Source of the DNA: the human T2T-CHM13v2.0 reference genome, Homo sapiens
Length of the DNA: 64,000 bases
Assembly: GCF_009914755.1 (NCBI RefSeq)
Contig: NC_060934.1
Strand: one strand, 5' to 3'
The number at the start of each line of letters is the position of its first letter. The first letter of the stretch is position 1. Position numbers and translations under genes: made by a program. Below the pieces are notes generated by a model, which had not been told where the DNA came from, ran no database searches, and saw only the letters and a list, made by a program, of their open reading frames with translations. This document shows, in pieces, positions 9,228 through 22,049 of this stretch.

Positions 9228-11904
9228 CTCAGTCAAGACCCCCATGGCAAGTGGAAAGGATTTGAAATAGCTCATAATTTGGGCTTTGAGCTATTCTGCA
9301 GGGTTGTTAGCTGTTTGGTATGATTCGTTTTATCCAAGAGCAGTTCCGGATTGTCAGGCATCCTCTCTTATTGCAAAGATAAATAAATAGAAATTCAGAC
9401 ATTCGGGGAGAATTTGACTTTTATTTCCTTCTTCCTCATTAGAGCCTATTTGGACCCTCACCCCCACCCCCACCCCCCTTTTAAGCCTTTCCGTTTCATG
9501 ATAACTCTTTCAAGAAGAGAAACAAGCATAAAACAAACAACAGTTAGAAAGAAGCAACCACCTTGTTGGGGATTCCTGTGAATGTATTTAGAAATGAAAC
9601 ACTTCTTGCTTTTGCTTTAATAAGCATTTAGGAGGCTCTACTATCGGGCCATGAGTAATGAGAAAGAGGTATGGTTTTGATTTACTACTGTAGTTTAAAT
9701 AGACTTAGAATCCAGTGAAATTGTTTTGTTCTAATTCTATCCATTTTTTTCTCAGTTCACCAACTTCTCAAAGAAAGACTTTCCCCAAGTAGCCGGCATT
9801 TTCCCAGTATGATAAGGCAAGCAGCGAGAAAGTTTTGTTGTTGTCTTTGTCTTGCTTTTCCCCACTTCAAGCCTCTGAGGCCCCATGGAAATCCTTGGAG
9901 TACACTTGGTTGAGTATGGACCATTCTAAATGAAATACAAATCAAAAGCATCCTTTCACTGGCCCCTTTAGGTTCTTAAGCAGAAGAATGTTCTGATCAC
10001 TGAAGCCATTTCAAGACCTGAAATTAGAAAGTAATAAAAAATATCACACTCTCCCTGGTGGGTAGGACATATAATTGGTTCCCCAGCAGGACTTCAGCTC
10101 CAAGTGAGAAATGCGTAGCCTGTGGATCCTTGCTTTCAGAAGAACCACATGCAAACACTACCAAATAAGTAAAAAATAAGCAAAGGGAAACAGGAAAACC
10201 AGAGACAAATTCAGAAATAAATAGCCAAGGGCTAGAAAGAATAAAGAAAAAAAAAAAGCATTAACCCCAGATGTCTTTAAACACAAAAATTTGTGCACAA
10301 AACACCAGACGAGACGGTAAGTTTATGTGTTTAGATCAGCTTGGACAAACACCGCTGTTCAGGACTGCAGTTATTTTTTTGGATTCCATTCTGGCTGCAA
10401 GATGTTCTTGGGGAGAAAATGGACTGTGCTCACACAATCCTAACTGTTTGGGATTTGACTTAAAAAACTGGCCAGGGCCTTGATTTGCAGCTCACTCTTG
10501 GCCTAAGCCCGGCGTTCCAGCCGGTTGGGTTTTGTTGCTCGTGGAGTTTGGAAGCCGAACAGTTGGGGTGTGCTGCGATGGACAGGGCCACTGAGCACAC
10601 AGAGCCTGGTGCTATGCTGCCACCTTCTGTCTAATGTGTCATAGCAAGAGGTGGCTGAGCTCTGGACTGCCTAGAAAACTCGGTGACTTTCTGCCTTTGA
10701 GAGTCAGGTCCTCTATAATCTGCACATTCCGGAGCAGCAGTGCCCTCTCTTCCTGTACACCTGTGGGTTCAAGGCCTTGGGGGCTGGCCCTTTGATAGCT
10801 TCTTCCAGAACCCACGCCAGTCTGTTTGTTTGCCTCTCTTCCTCATTCCCTCCCTCTCTCCCTGCCAGATCTTGAAGTTTCCGTAGGTAGAAGGGTCTGG
10901 AAAAACGAGGTTGAAGGCAAAGACAGGGCTTTTCGTTTTCAAACGTCAGCACACTCTTGTCTAAATTACTGCCAAAGACAAATGGGATGAAGTGGAGGAA
11001 AGGAAAAGTGAGATTGAATAGCAGGAAAAAAGCCCTGACAGCAAGATCTATTGCCCTGTGGAGAGGTGTCCCCAGGGGTGAGCTATTGGTTGAGATATTT
11101 AAAACTTGAGTGGACAAAACATTAGACCCTTCACCACAGGGAACAATTCTACAGCAGCCCCTGGGACCTGACCCTCGTGAGCGCAGAGGTCCTTCCCAAC
11201 TCTAATTTTTTATGATTTCTCAATTGACTTCCCATTCTATAAAAAGTATTCTGTTGCTGCTCAGAAACCCAACTGCTTTGACATTCTGTTTGAGGTCGGG
11301 ATGGTTTCAATCTACTTTCAGTTGTGTGCAGCATTGAAAATGCCCCTATACCTACTTTTTTTGAGCCAAAGAAATGTAAATTCATATAATTAAGCCTAGA
11401 AATATGTATTTGAGGAATGACATAGGGGACACTGCCCTTGACAACTGGCCAAGACATGACTCGCCAAGCACCCGGGGATTTGCTGTACAGCCTTTGACAA
11501 ATGCTTACCCTTTCTGAGTCACCAGTTTTCATTGGGTTGTCTCACTGGTCAGGATGAGAATATCTGATGCCAGTTGGGAACATTTTGGAAGGACTGTGGT
11601 GGTGAAAGAAATAGCTTAGTTCTGCACCTGATTGCCAATCACTCCTTGTTGTGAGGATTGTACACTTCTCAGCTTGCAGGCCTGGATCAGGGGAGACAAA
11701 AGGAGGGAGAGAGGTGAGATGTCGGATGTGCGGTCATGGTCTTTGCTTGCAGGTTCTCCCTCCCTGGGGTGACTGGGTTCAGCCATCCAGCTGATTATTT
11801 TTAGGCTCTTGTTAATTGCCAGGCATGGAGCTAGGAGCTTGTGTGTCAGAGTGGAAGTGAACAAAAACAGTGGAGAACAAATGGAGTCCTCAGGGATACC
11901 TATC

Positions 11905-12434
11905 TCAGTGGCTTCGAACTGTTCTTAGGGTAAAGTTTAAAATCCCACATTCTGCAAAGCATCAGGTGATCTGGCCCTTCCTGCTTCTTTGATCTCTCCT
12001 TGGACCTTTCTCCAGCAGGCTGAGTTCCCTCAATTTTCCTTGGTGAGCTCTGTTTCTTCTCATCTCAGTGCCTGCCTGGGTGCTCAGCCCAGACACTCCT
12101 GGTCTTGCCACCCCTTTCACCTGGTCAGTGCTGCTTCTCATCTTTCAGTTCCCAGCTGTAAGGTCTCTTGCCCAGAGACGCCTTCCCAGACCTCTGGGCT
12201 GGGGTTCAGTTTCTCCAGCATGTGCCCCTCTGGGCCTTGTCCCATCTCTATCCAAGCACATGCCATTAAGGGTGAGTGCAGGACTGGAGGTTTACTATGG
12301 ATCTCCTTGCCAGCCCATGCTCCGTGTGACAGGCAACTCGCTTGTCTTGTCTTTGCCTCGCAGGGCCTCCCACAGGGCCTTGTTCAAAGTATAGCTGTTG
12401 AGTGGATGAACAAATGAAAGGCTGAATGAATGAA
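11905..12434 (+). mobile_element. L2 LINE 3' portion
   Basis: CAGTGGCTTC...CTTAGGGTAAAGT...TGATCTGGCCC; ends in a TGAATGAATGAA tail. Confidence 0.7.
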
Positions 12435-12603
12435 GTGCTATAACATTGGTAGGCACTGTTGCAGAGGTTGAGATAAGGAATTGCACCCGGAAGGGCTTCC
12501 TGTAGGAAAAGTTAAGAGTTTCTCTGTTAAGAAAGGTCTGGGGGCAGTTTCTACTGGTTACCCTCCTCACCCCATCCCCACCAGCCTAGGAATGGGGTCA
12601 GTT

Positions 12604-12780
12604 TAAAATTTCTCATTGTAAAATAATACATAGCTGTAGTAAGAAATTCAAACATTACTGAAATGTATAAGCACTAAAAGTCACCATCCTTGCCCCTACA
12701 GACATCCTACCCTTTTGGGGATAACCATTACTTCCCTTCCTCCCTCCCAGATGTTTTCTTTATACCTTTTCCTCAGTTGT
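12604..12780 (-). mobile_element. L1ME-type 3' UTR fragment
   Basis: AAAATAATACAT...AAATTCAAACATTACTGAAATGTATAA...GATAACCATTA. Confidence 0.5.
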
Positions 12781-13100
12781 GGAATTATTTTAAAGTGTTT
12801 TATTCTGCCCCAAAAGGTGTATGACAATGTCCTAGAGGGCCTGACTCATTATTTTACTCAACTGGGGATTTGGGGAAAGTCTGGAAAAGTTTGCAGGCCA
12901 GAGTTTATTTCCTAGGAGCCAATTTCCCAGCCCTGGGACACAGGGGTTTTGGTCTGGAGAGACCTTTTTCAGTAAGTACAGTGACTATTGATTTCTGCCA
13001 CAAAGAAGATTGATATGCCAGGAAATCTTAATAGTATGGAAAATATGAATAGTTTGAATGCATTTATGCTCAATAATTCTCAAGTTTAGGGATCGCTTTA

Positions 13101-13103
<3 letters not shown>

Positions 13104-13140
<37 letters not shown>
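13104..13140. repeat. (AC)18 microsatellite
   Basis: Perfect AC run. Confidence 0.95.
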
Positions 13141-13143
<3 letters not shown>

Positions 13144-13209
13144 CCTGGAGCACAGATGTTGGTCTTCTTTATGATGAGCAGGATAGGGTGAAAGGGGAAG
13201 AGTTAGTGA

Positions 13210-13452
13210 TGAGAGCTGATGTTGGTGAGGGCCCTTCATCGGGCTAAGTGCTCTCTCTATATGTATCATTTTATTCAAGTTCCCTGACAACCTTGTGAAC
13301 TGGGCCCTGCTATTGTCATTCCCAGTTTACAGATGAGGGAACTGAGAGTCAGAGAATTGAAGTATCTTACTCACGGTCAGCAAAACAAGTGAGGGTCGGA
13401 GCTAGGACTTCCACCCAGGCCAACTGGCATGAGAGCCTGCAGGCTTAACTAC
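13210..13452 (-). mobile_element. MIR SINE
   Basis: ACAACCTTGTGA...CCCAGTTTACAGATGAGGGAACTGAGAGTCAGAGA. Confidence 0.8.
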
Positions 13453-13489
13453 AAAGCAGTTTTGGCACCTGCCTAAGTTTAAGACTGCG

Positions 13490-13636
13490 GGATGGGATAT
13501 GGAATCAGAAGACCTAGCTGTATTCCCTCTTAGCTATAGGAGCTAAAATATTCTCATTTCTCAGAATGTCAGTCTCAACCCTTATAAATGAGGATGATAA
13601 TTGCCATCCCACAGGGTAATTGGAGCTACTAAATGG
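13490..13636 (+). mobile_element. MIR SINE fragment
   Basis: GGAATCAGAAGACCTAG...TATAAATGAGGATGATAAT...CACAGGGT. Confidence 0.55.
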
Positions 13637-13688
13637 AAGTTTTTGGTCAACTCCAGCACACTGTTCCATTTTTATGAATGCCTCTTAG

Positions 13689-13956
13689 GTGGCCGGGAGT
13701 TCAAGACCAGCCTGGCCAACATGGTGAGAGCCCGTCTCTACTAAAAATACAAAAATTAGTCAGGCATGGTGGCACATGCCTGTAATCCCAGCTTCTTGGG
13801 AGGCTGAGGCATGAGAATTGCTTGGATGCTTGAACCCGGGAGGCAGAGGTTGCAGTGAGCCGAGATTATGCCACTGGACTCCAGCCTGGATGACAGCAAG
13901 ACTCTGTCTCCAAAAAATAAATAAATAAATAAATAAATAAATAGAAAAGAAAGAAA
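13689..13956 (+). mobile_element. AluS element lacking ~65 nt of the left arm; (TAAA)n tail
   Basis: GGAGTTCAAGACCAGCCTGGCCAACATGG...; 13-bp TSD GAATGCCTCTTAG at 13676-13688 and 13957-13969. Confidence 0.95.
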
Positions 13957-14012
13957 GAATGCCTCTTAGCTAATTTCACAGTGGCACTTCTCAAGATGGC
14001 TAAGATTGGTAG

Positions 14013-14382
<370 letters not shown>

Positions 14383-15527
14383 AGTAATGGCTGTCCTTCT
14401 AACCACACCGTCCACTCCCGGTCTCTTTCTCATTCCCGTCTCCAGCTGCATGGTCATTAGTGATGTAGCTTTGTGTCCATGGCAGTCTTTATGATGACTG
14501 CTTTCTTTTTTTACAATTATTTTATTGTCTTTGTGAAGCGATTCGTGCCTCCTGTGAACAGTCAAATAACACAGAAAAGTAAAAATAACCATATTTTAAA
14601 ATACTCACCTCAGTGCTTTCAAGACACTTCATTTTTTGGTTCTTGGCATGTGGGTTATAGACTGTATTACTCAGAATAGATTTTAAAAATAGCATACAAA
14701 TACCGTCCTTCCCCGAAATCACGGTGAGGAAGGACTTGTTGTGAGATGTTAGTAGGCAGAGTAAATAAGCAAAGAAAATCCTCTTGAATGAATCAGGTGG
14801 GTCTCCCCACCTGCTGCTTTGGGTTATTCGAGTTTCAACACTATGCAAGGGGAAAACTGACCTTGGTTTATAGCATGCCTTGTGAAATGTCTATTTTTTT
14901 TTCTTTAAAAAACCAAACACTGGCAGAGAATGTAAATGTGCCTTCTCTCCCTCTCCATGGCCTCTTTCCTCTAGCAAACACGTGAAATCTCACACATATT
15001 CACGTGCATGGGGGCCGACTGTCTGATTCAAGATGACAAGGCTGTTCTCCATGTGTCTGTCAAAGAAGCCAAACTCCAAAAGGCAAACAAGACCAGATGG
15101 GAAACCACAGGACCAGCCCCCTGCCTTTGCAGTGTGTTGTCACCTCACTTGGGTGGACAGCCGGTGCAGAGATGAAGAGGGTCTACCCTGTTTCTGAGTT
15201 GCATTTAGCAAATAGGATGGCTTTCTACTCCTAACTCATAGGGCATCACCAGCCCACGGCTTTCCTTAGCTTGACCACCTACAAGCCACTGGCTGGGTCC
15301 CTCCACGGCTTACCAGCTTTACCTTCCCTGCTGCAGAACAGATTCTAGAAAAGAACTCAGGTCCACTGTGCGAGAAACAGAACAGGCCAGCTGCAGTTGT
15401 TTATTGTGGATTCCTGGACTGCCTTCCTGGCTTAAGTCTGTGAGGCGAGGGGAGATCATGGAGTTCTTCCTCGCTTTGGCTGTTTCAATATCTGCATAGA
15501 TGCTTTCTTCTAGTGAACAAACAGACA

Positions 15528-15716
15528 TAATAGTAGCAAAACTCAGAATATCTTCAGTGCTTTATAGTCTGCCAAGCACTTTCACATTTGTGAACTTCTG
15601 TGACCCTCTCAGCCACTGTAAGAGGAGCAAAGAAGGTGTTATCCCTATTTCACAGGAGGATACCGGGACTCAGAAAGGTCAGGTGATTTGCCTGTGTACT
15701 GATGGGGCTAGGACTT
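15528..15716 (-). mobile_element. MIR SINE
   Basis: GTGCTTTATAGT...AAGCACTTTCACAT...ATCCCTATTTCACAG...CTCAGAAAGGTCAGGTGATTTGCC. Confidence 0.75.
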
Positions 15717-16643
15717 CCTACTCTCCACCCCCTTCCCCTAAACATGTCTCGAGAGCTCCCAATAATCCAACATTCTCGGAGCAGAAGATGAACTTGGAGG
15801 AATGACCTGAAGCCACCTGCTGCTAGGGCCCCTGACTCCCTCATGCCCACTTTCCCCTTTGGGCTCCGTTTTCAGTCCCCTCTTGGGATCTGTGTGGGAA
15901 CAGTGTGCCCAACACCTGGTATAGCTGCATGGCCTCCTTCTCCTCCCCACATGGTGGCTTGTCACAGTCTGGGCAGAAAGTTGACAGTGACTGGCGGCTG
16001 ATGTGTCTCTTTGAGGACTACCAGGGAGCAGGCAGGCTGGCATTTTTGGGGGGCTGTCCCAGGTAATATTTTTCAGACTTGTTTTTGAAAAACCAAAGTC
16101 TGGCTAGTGTCTTGCTATTCCAGAAGGGGTGGCTCTGGGTAGCATCAAAAGAGGTGATCCTGAATTGTCCCAGGGTAGAAACAATTGCTGAGAAGTGAAA
16201 CCTGGTTTTTGACTTGTAGGAATTTGAAGAAGTAATGCACAGGAGTTGCATTGGCCTTTAGTTCCAGCAGTCGGGGCCGATCAAAGACCCCAGTGTGTGT
16301 GATGACTCTGGCCACTCATTTCTACTTGGACTTGCTCCAGGACCACACACAGGTGCATAACATCTTTTCACAAAGGCCAGCCACTTGGTTTTTATTTGCA
16401 TAAAATTCCACCAACCCATCCAGGATACGCCTTATTTAAGCAGTCTTCGGTTTGGAATTCTAAAGAATCTCACCCTCTTTTCCTGCAGCAGGCTTCTCTC
16501 CTGCCCCCTTCCCAGGCATTGCTGTCTGCTTATATCAGAAGTGGTCAGATAAGGACCAGAGGGTAGTTGGGTGGAGCAGCAGCAAACCCCCTGGTATACA
16601 TTGTTTTCTTGTTGGCTGAATATGAAAAAATTGCTTATATATT

Positions 16644-16870
16644 AATAATAGTAATAATGCACCAAGCACTATGCAAAGAACTTTGTAAACATGATCTCAT
16701 TTAATTTTCAGACCAATCAATTAGGTATAAACACATTAGTATTCCCATTCTACACAGGAGAAAAATTAAGGCTTATGGAAGTTAGTTAGCTTGCCCCAAA
16801 TCATACATTGGCAGCTTGAGAGCGGCATCTAGAACAATCTCACTCCAGAACCCTGCACTTTGAGTCACTG
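16644..16870 (-). mobile_element. MIR SINE
   Basis: ATCTCATTTAAT...ATTCCCATTCTACA...AAGTTAGTTAGCTTGCCCCAAATCA. Confidence 0.7.
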
Positions 16871-17140
16871 CCCACATAGACTATTGAGTTTCAAGTTCTA
16901 GATGCAACCTGGAAATAATACTTATATTTTGGCCTTATCTGTATTTCTGCAAGTAAAATTTTACTAACAAGCCCCCTCAGGGACAGAACCTAGAAAGCTG
17001 GGCCTTTTCCCCTGCCGATTCTAGAGTTAGTCTATTCTGTAGTCAGTAACTCAGCCACTTTGAGGGTGCAGCCTGTCCTATATGAGGGCTCCACTGTAAA
17101 AAAGTAAAAGCTCTCAAGTACAGAAATCCTTCTTCTGAAC

Positions 17141-17327
17141 CAAGTGTTGCCAGATAAAATACTGATGCCCAGTTAAAATTTGCATTTCATGTAAACATTG
17201 AATAAACTTTTAGGATAAGTATCTCCCATGCAATATTTGGGCTATATGCATCCTTAAAAAGTATTTATTGTTCATCTGAAACACAAATTTAATTTGGTGT
17301 CTTTTTTTTTTTTTTTCTAAATCCCTG
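17141..17327. mobile_element. MER53 palindromic hAT MITE
   Basis: GTTGCCAGATAAAATAC..GATGCCCAGTTAAA...CCCATGCAATATTTGGG...CATCTGAAA...AAATTTAA; internal dyad symmetry. Confidence 0.85.
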
Positions 17328-17583
17328 TGGAACTCAAAACAAATATATCTGAACCAATCAAAAAACTGTAATGTGGGTCTGGTATCCAAGTGCATCTCAG
17401 AGACATGGTTAATATGGTTATAATAATAATAATAATGACAGTTAAGCACTGGAACGTTGGGATTTCTGTGAAGCTTCTATGGTTTATGTGGGATCGATGA
17501 CAGACATTCGAATTAGAATTGGCACAGAAAATCTGGGACAGATGGTTACTGTATAGATAGGAGGTGACTTTTGACTTGATTAG

Positions 17584-17706
17584 AGTGATTCTCAATCCTG
17601 GCTACATACCAGAATCACCTAGGGAGTTTTAAAAAGTACTGATGCCTGGGCCCCATGACATGCTGATAGTAAAATATTCTCACATTCCAAGGCTTCCCAA
17701 ATGGTG
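17584..17706. mobile_element. MER5A/B hAT MITE fragment
   Basis: GTGATTCTCAATCCTGGCTACAT..AGAATCACCTAGGGAG.TTTAAAAA..ACTGATGCCTGGGCCCCA. Confidence 0.7.
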
Positions 17707-17964
17707 TAGGTGAAACAGTGGTACAGGAGTTCAGAAGAGGGGATGCTGTACAACTGGAATGGTCCCATTGGCTTCCATGGAAGAATAGGGGACCCAATAG
17801 GCTGAAGGATGGAGAAAGTTTTTATAGGCAGAGAGGAGCAAGGAGACTATGCCAGGTGAAGGAATGGCTTGGAGAAGAGGGTTTGAAAGAAAAAAGTGTG
17901 AGCCAGGTACAGAGGACAGACCAGTCAAATTAAAGTGGCACATCTAACTAGGAGCAAATTTGTT

Positions 17965-18660
<696 letters not shown>

Positions 18661-19698
18661 TGAGATTTACAAGAAGTGAGTGGGAGAGACTGAATATAGG
18701 ACTTTCCCTAGTAGCCCATGGTCTAAAAGAATTTGGAGGGACTTGCTTCAGACCGTGCCTTCTTAAGTCCCAGAGAAGAACTTTGAAGTCTTTACCATCC
18801 AAACCAGGCTTCAGATTCCTCAAAGTCAAAATGGCGCCCATCTTGGGGTACTCTAAGCAATGTGTGATGCTTTCCCTCCCCAGCCCGAAATCACAATTCC
18901 TAACAAATAGAGGTGCTACTCACTCTCAGTACAGACCTCTGTCTGGCCAAGAAAGTACTGTTGTGACCTAGGATTTTTTTTAACACCCAATTAAATTTGT
19001 GTAATTGGATAGAACTGCAACTTCTTTGCCTCCAGCTGATTCATAATCTGTTTCACACCCGAGTGTTGTTTTTCTTGATTTTTAGTATTTTTCCCAGAGT
19101 AGTGGAGATGGGGTACAAGGAGAGAGCCCTTTCCTACTTTTTGATGTATCGATTATTTTTCTACCATTTTTAAGAAGGTACAGGTGGTTGGCCTATCATT
19201 AATTTTTCTTGGGCCAGGACTCTATTTGAACCCAAGTTTTCAGCACCCGACTATTTCTGGAGACTGCTATTTAAAATGTCTAGGCATATGGAAACAGTCC
19301 AATTAGGAAGAAACAGTTGGTCAAGCTGGAGACTCAGCTCACGTGCCAGCTATGAACAAAATGGAATTTTGTCTGAAACTCACTAGGTGCAATTCCCAAG
19401 GCTGTGGGAATGACAAGTAGATCATGCTACTGTGTTACATTCTGTGGGTTGGAAAATAAACTTAATTGAGGGGTACCAAAGAAGCTTGAAGTGCCCTCTT
19501 AATATTTAATGATTTTTATCAGAGCTCCATAGTTGAATACGAAGTAAATAGGGAGGGGTATTTTTGGCCTCCATCAGGTTGTATTATCTAGACCTCTTTT
19601 CTCCCTTGGGACAACACCCCTGTCTCGCTTGCTGAAGCTGTGCATATTCCTGACCTGAGCTGACAGTCATTCACTCTGTAGAAGACTCGTATGTTGAT

Positions 19699-19882
19699 GA
19701 ATGCTTCTCAAACTTGAACATGCGCTGGAATCACCTGGAAGGCATGTTAAACTCCAGATCGCAGAAGCCCACTTCTGATTCAGTAGGTTCTGGGGTGACA
19801 GGGTCCAAGACTATGCAGCTCTAACAAGTTCCCAGGTGATGCTGTTGCTGCTAATCAGGGGACCCATTTTGAGAATGACAGT
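19699..19882. mobile_element. MER5A hAT MITE
   Basis: CTTCTCAAACTTGA...GAATCACCTGG...TCTGATTCAGTAGG...TAACAAGTTCCCAGGTGATGCTG...TTTGAGAA. Confidence 0.85.
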
Positions 19883-20026
19883 GTTAGACTTCAAAGGTGC
19901 TTCCTTTAGAAACATCTAGTCTGAGTATTAAAAATTCACCTTCCGCCTCTTCCTTCTCATCAGTCCTGCTACTTTTTCCTCATGGGTCCAGACTAGCCTC
20001 AACGTTCTCCTGATACAGTGGTTTAG

Positions 20027-20568
20027 AACCTTGCTACGTATGTGCTCCATGGACCAGCAGCACTGGCATCATCTGAGAGTTTGATAGACATGTTTGGAAT
20101 CACAAACCCTGCTCCAGGACTATTGAATTATAATCTGTGATATGATTTGGCTGTGTCCCCTCCCAAATCTCATTTTGAATTGTAGCTCCCATAATCCCCA
20201 CATGTTGTGGGAGGGACCCAGTGGGAGGCAATTGAATCATGGGGGCACATCTTTCCTGTGTTGTTCTCCTGGTAGTGAATAAGCCTCATGAGATCTGATG
20301 GTTTTATAAAGGGGAGTTTCCCTACATAGGCTCTCTCATTCTCTCTTGTCTGCCACCATGTAAGATGTGCCTTTCACCTTCCACCATGATTGTGAGGCCT
20401 CCCCTGCCACATTGAACTGTGAGTCCAGTCCATTAAACCTCTCTTTCTTTCTAAATTACCCAGTCTTGGGTATGTCTTTATCAGCAGCGTGAAAATGGAC
20501 TAATACAATCTGCATTGAAGAAGATCCTGGAGGATCTCTATACACAATACAGTTTGAGAAGTGTGGGG
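20027..20568. mobile_element. MER5A (opposite orientation) split by a THE1 LTR
   Basis: TCCATGGACCAGCAGCA..GGCATCA...AATC[THE1]ATCTGCATT..AAGATCC...AGTTTGAGAAG. Confidence 0.7.
20138..20507 (+). mobile_element. THE1 solo LTR (THE1B-like, ERVL-MaLR)
   Basis: TGATATGATTTGGCTGTGTCCCC...GGACTAATACA; perfect 5-bp TSD ATCTG (20133-20137, 20508-20512). Confidence 0.95.
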
Positions 20569-21511
20569 CTAGGCATCCAGAGTTACACTGGAGTTGAAGT
20601 CTATTTGCTTACTGTAACCCAACCACTTCATTGTGGAGCTGAGGAAACAAGAGCCCACAGAAATAAAATTATTCACCCACTTTCAAGTAGCTGACTCTCC
20701 TTGGTTTTGCTAGCGTGACAACTTAAGATGTTAGCTAATAACCTTAAAAAAGCAACACAAATCCCCTACCTCACCTCCTCTAATAATATCATTGCATTTT
20801 TAAATGGTCTCAGAAATGGAAAAGTCTGAACTCGAAGGGCAGGTGCTCTAATGATTAAATGGCAGGCAGAAGAGTCAAGACAAATAGCACTTTCACCAAA
20901 TGGATGCTGACACACAGCCACTAGAAACTGCTAGTAATGCAGCCAACTGATCTCCCCCTACTAATTCCTGGCTGGAATATGGGCTATAGGACCCAAGCCT
21001 TGATACTACTCATGCAGATGCTCTGCTCTACACAGAACAGGGCAATCAGGCCTGCACTCACTACCCTCATAGTCCTAGAGAGACACCGGCACTCTTTCTC
21101 TCAAAAACATTCCACAAAGCCAGCATCACAGGCAGGTTCGAATAGAAAAGACTATTGCTTTAGAATGTAGCAAATGTAAAATGTACATTTGTACAGCATT
21201 GTGCACTCAAAGATGAGAAGGAAAAGGCCAGACATGGGCTTGAATGTAGGGCTGGAAGGCCCACAGTGATGCATCAATCCACAGGTCCTCAGTCCTGGCC
21301 AGTGGAGCCACTGGTCACTTTGGGGGCATAGGATACAGAAGGGAGGATGGGCTAATAGACCAGGGTGGGAGCAAACCTCAGGCAGGGATAGAAGATGGAA
21401 GGGGTGTCCAGTGCTAGGAGAGGGTGCGCATGTTCACCATGGATTTATGTGCCAAGTAGGCCAGAGTTAATCTGTCCCACCACCATCCCAACTCTTAGAG
21501 AAACAGAGAGA

Positions 21512-21696
21512 CCGATTCTTAACTTTATTTTTATTATGGGGTCCTTAGAGAGTCTAGTTAAGGCTATGCAATCTCTCTTACCAGATGTAAGTGACATTTG
21601 CATTGTTTGCATCTGTGCATACAATTTCAGGTGTTTCATAGCCCTAGAAGCATGAATCTCTAGGGGATCCAAGGATCCCACATGAAAAATTCTTGA
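21512..21696. mobile_element. Charlie4z-like hAT MITE
   Basis: TTCTTAACTTT...GAGAGTCT...AAGGCTATG...TGCATACAATTTCAGG. Confidence 0.55.
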
Positions 21697-22049
21697 TCAG
21701 TGACCTAAGTCAGTGCCTGTCTAAGTCAATGCTGGCCCTTCAAGTCCAGACTTTTCCATTTCTAAGACCTGTTTAAAAATGCAATGATATTACTAGAGCG
21801 GTGGGTTTGTGTTTCATTTTTAAGGTTATTAGGCCTGACTCACATGGCTGGTCAGTGGTGGAAAGAGTACCAGGCCTCCTAACTCTGTACAGGGCTCTTT
21901 AGACGACCCCAGAGAAAGACACGTAAGGTGATCCAAATTTGGGAGCTGAACCTACCTGAACTGAAGGAAGCCTTGAAATAGTATCTTTTTTTGATTTTCT
22001 AAGTGCCTTTTTGGAAGTCAAATGAAAAGCCAAGGTCTTAATTGACGTA

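Noticed and set aside
18827-18836. YY1-like CAAAATGGCG
   Set aside because: Single isolated motif with no supporting context
20980-21040. Possible tRNA-derived SINE head
   Set aside because: No clear A/B boxes or cloverleaf could be established
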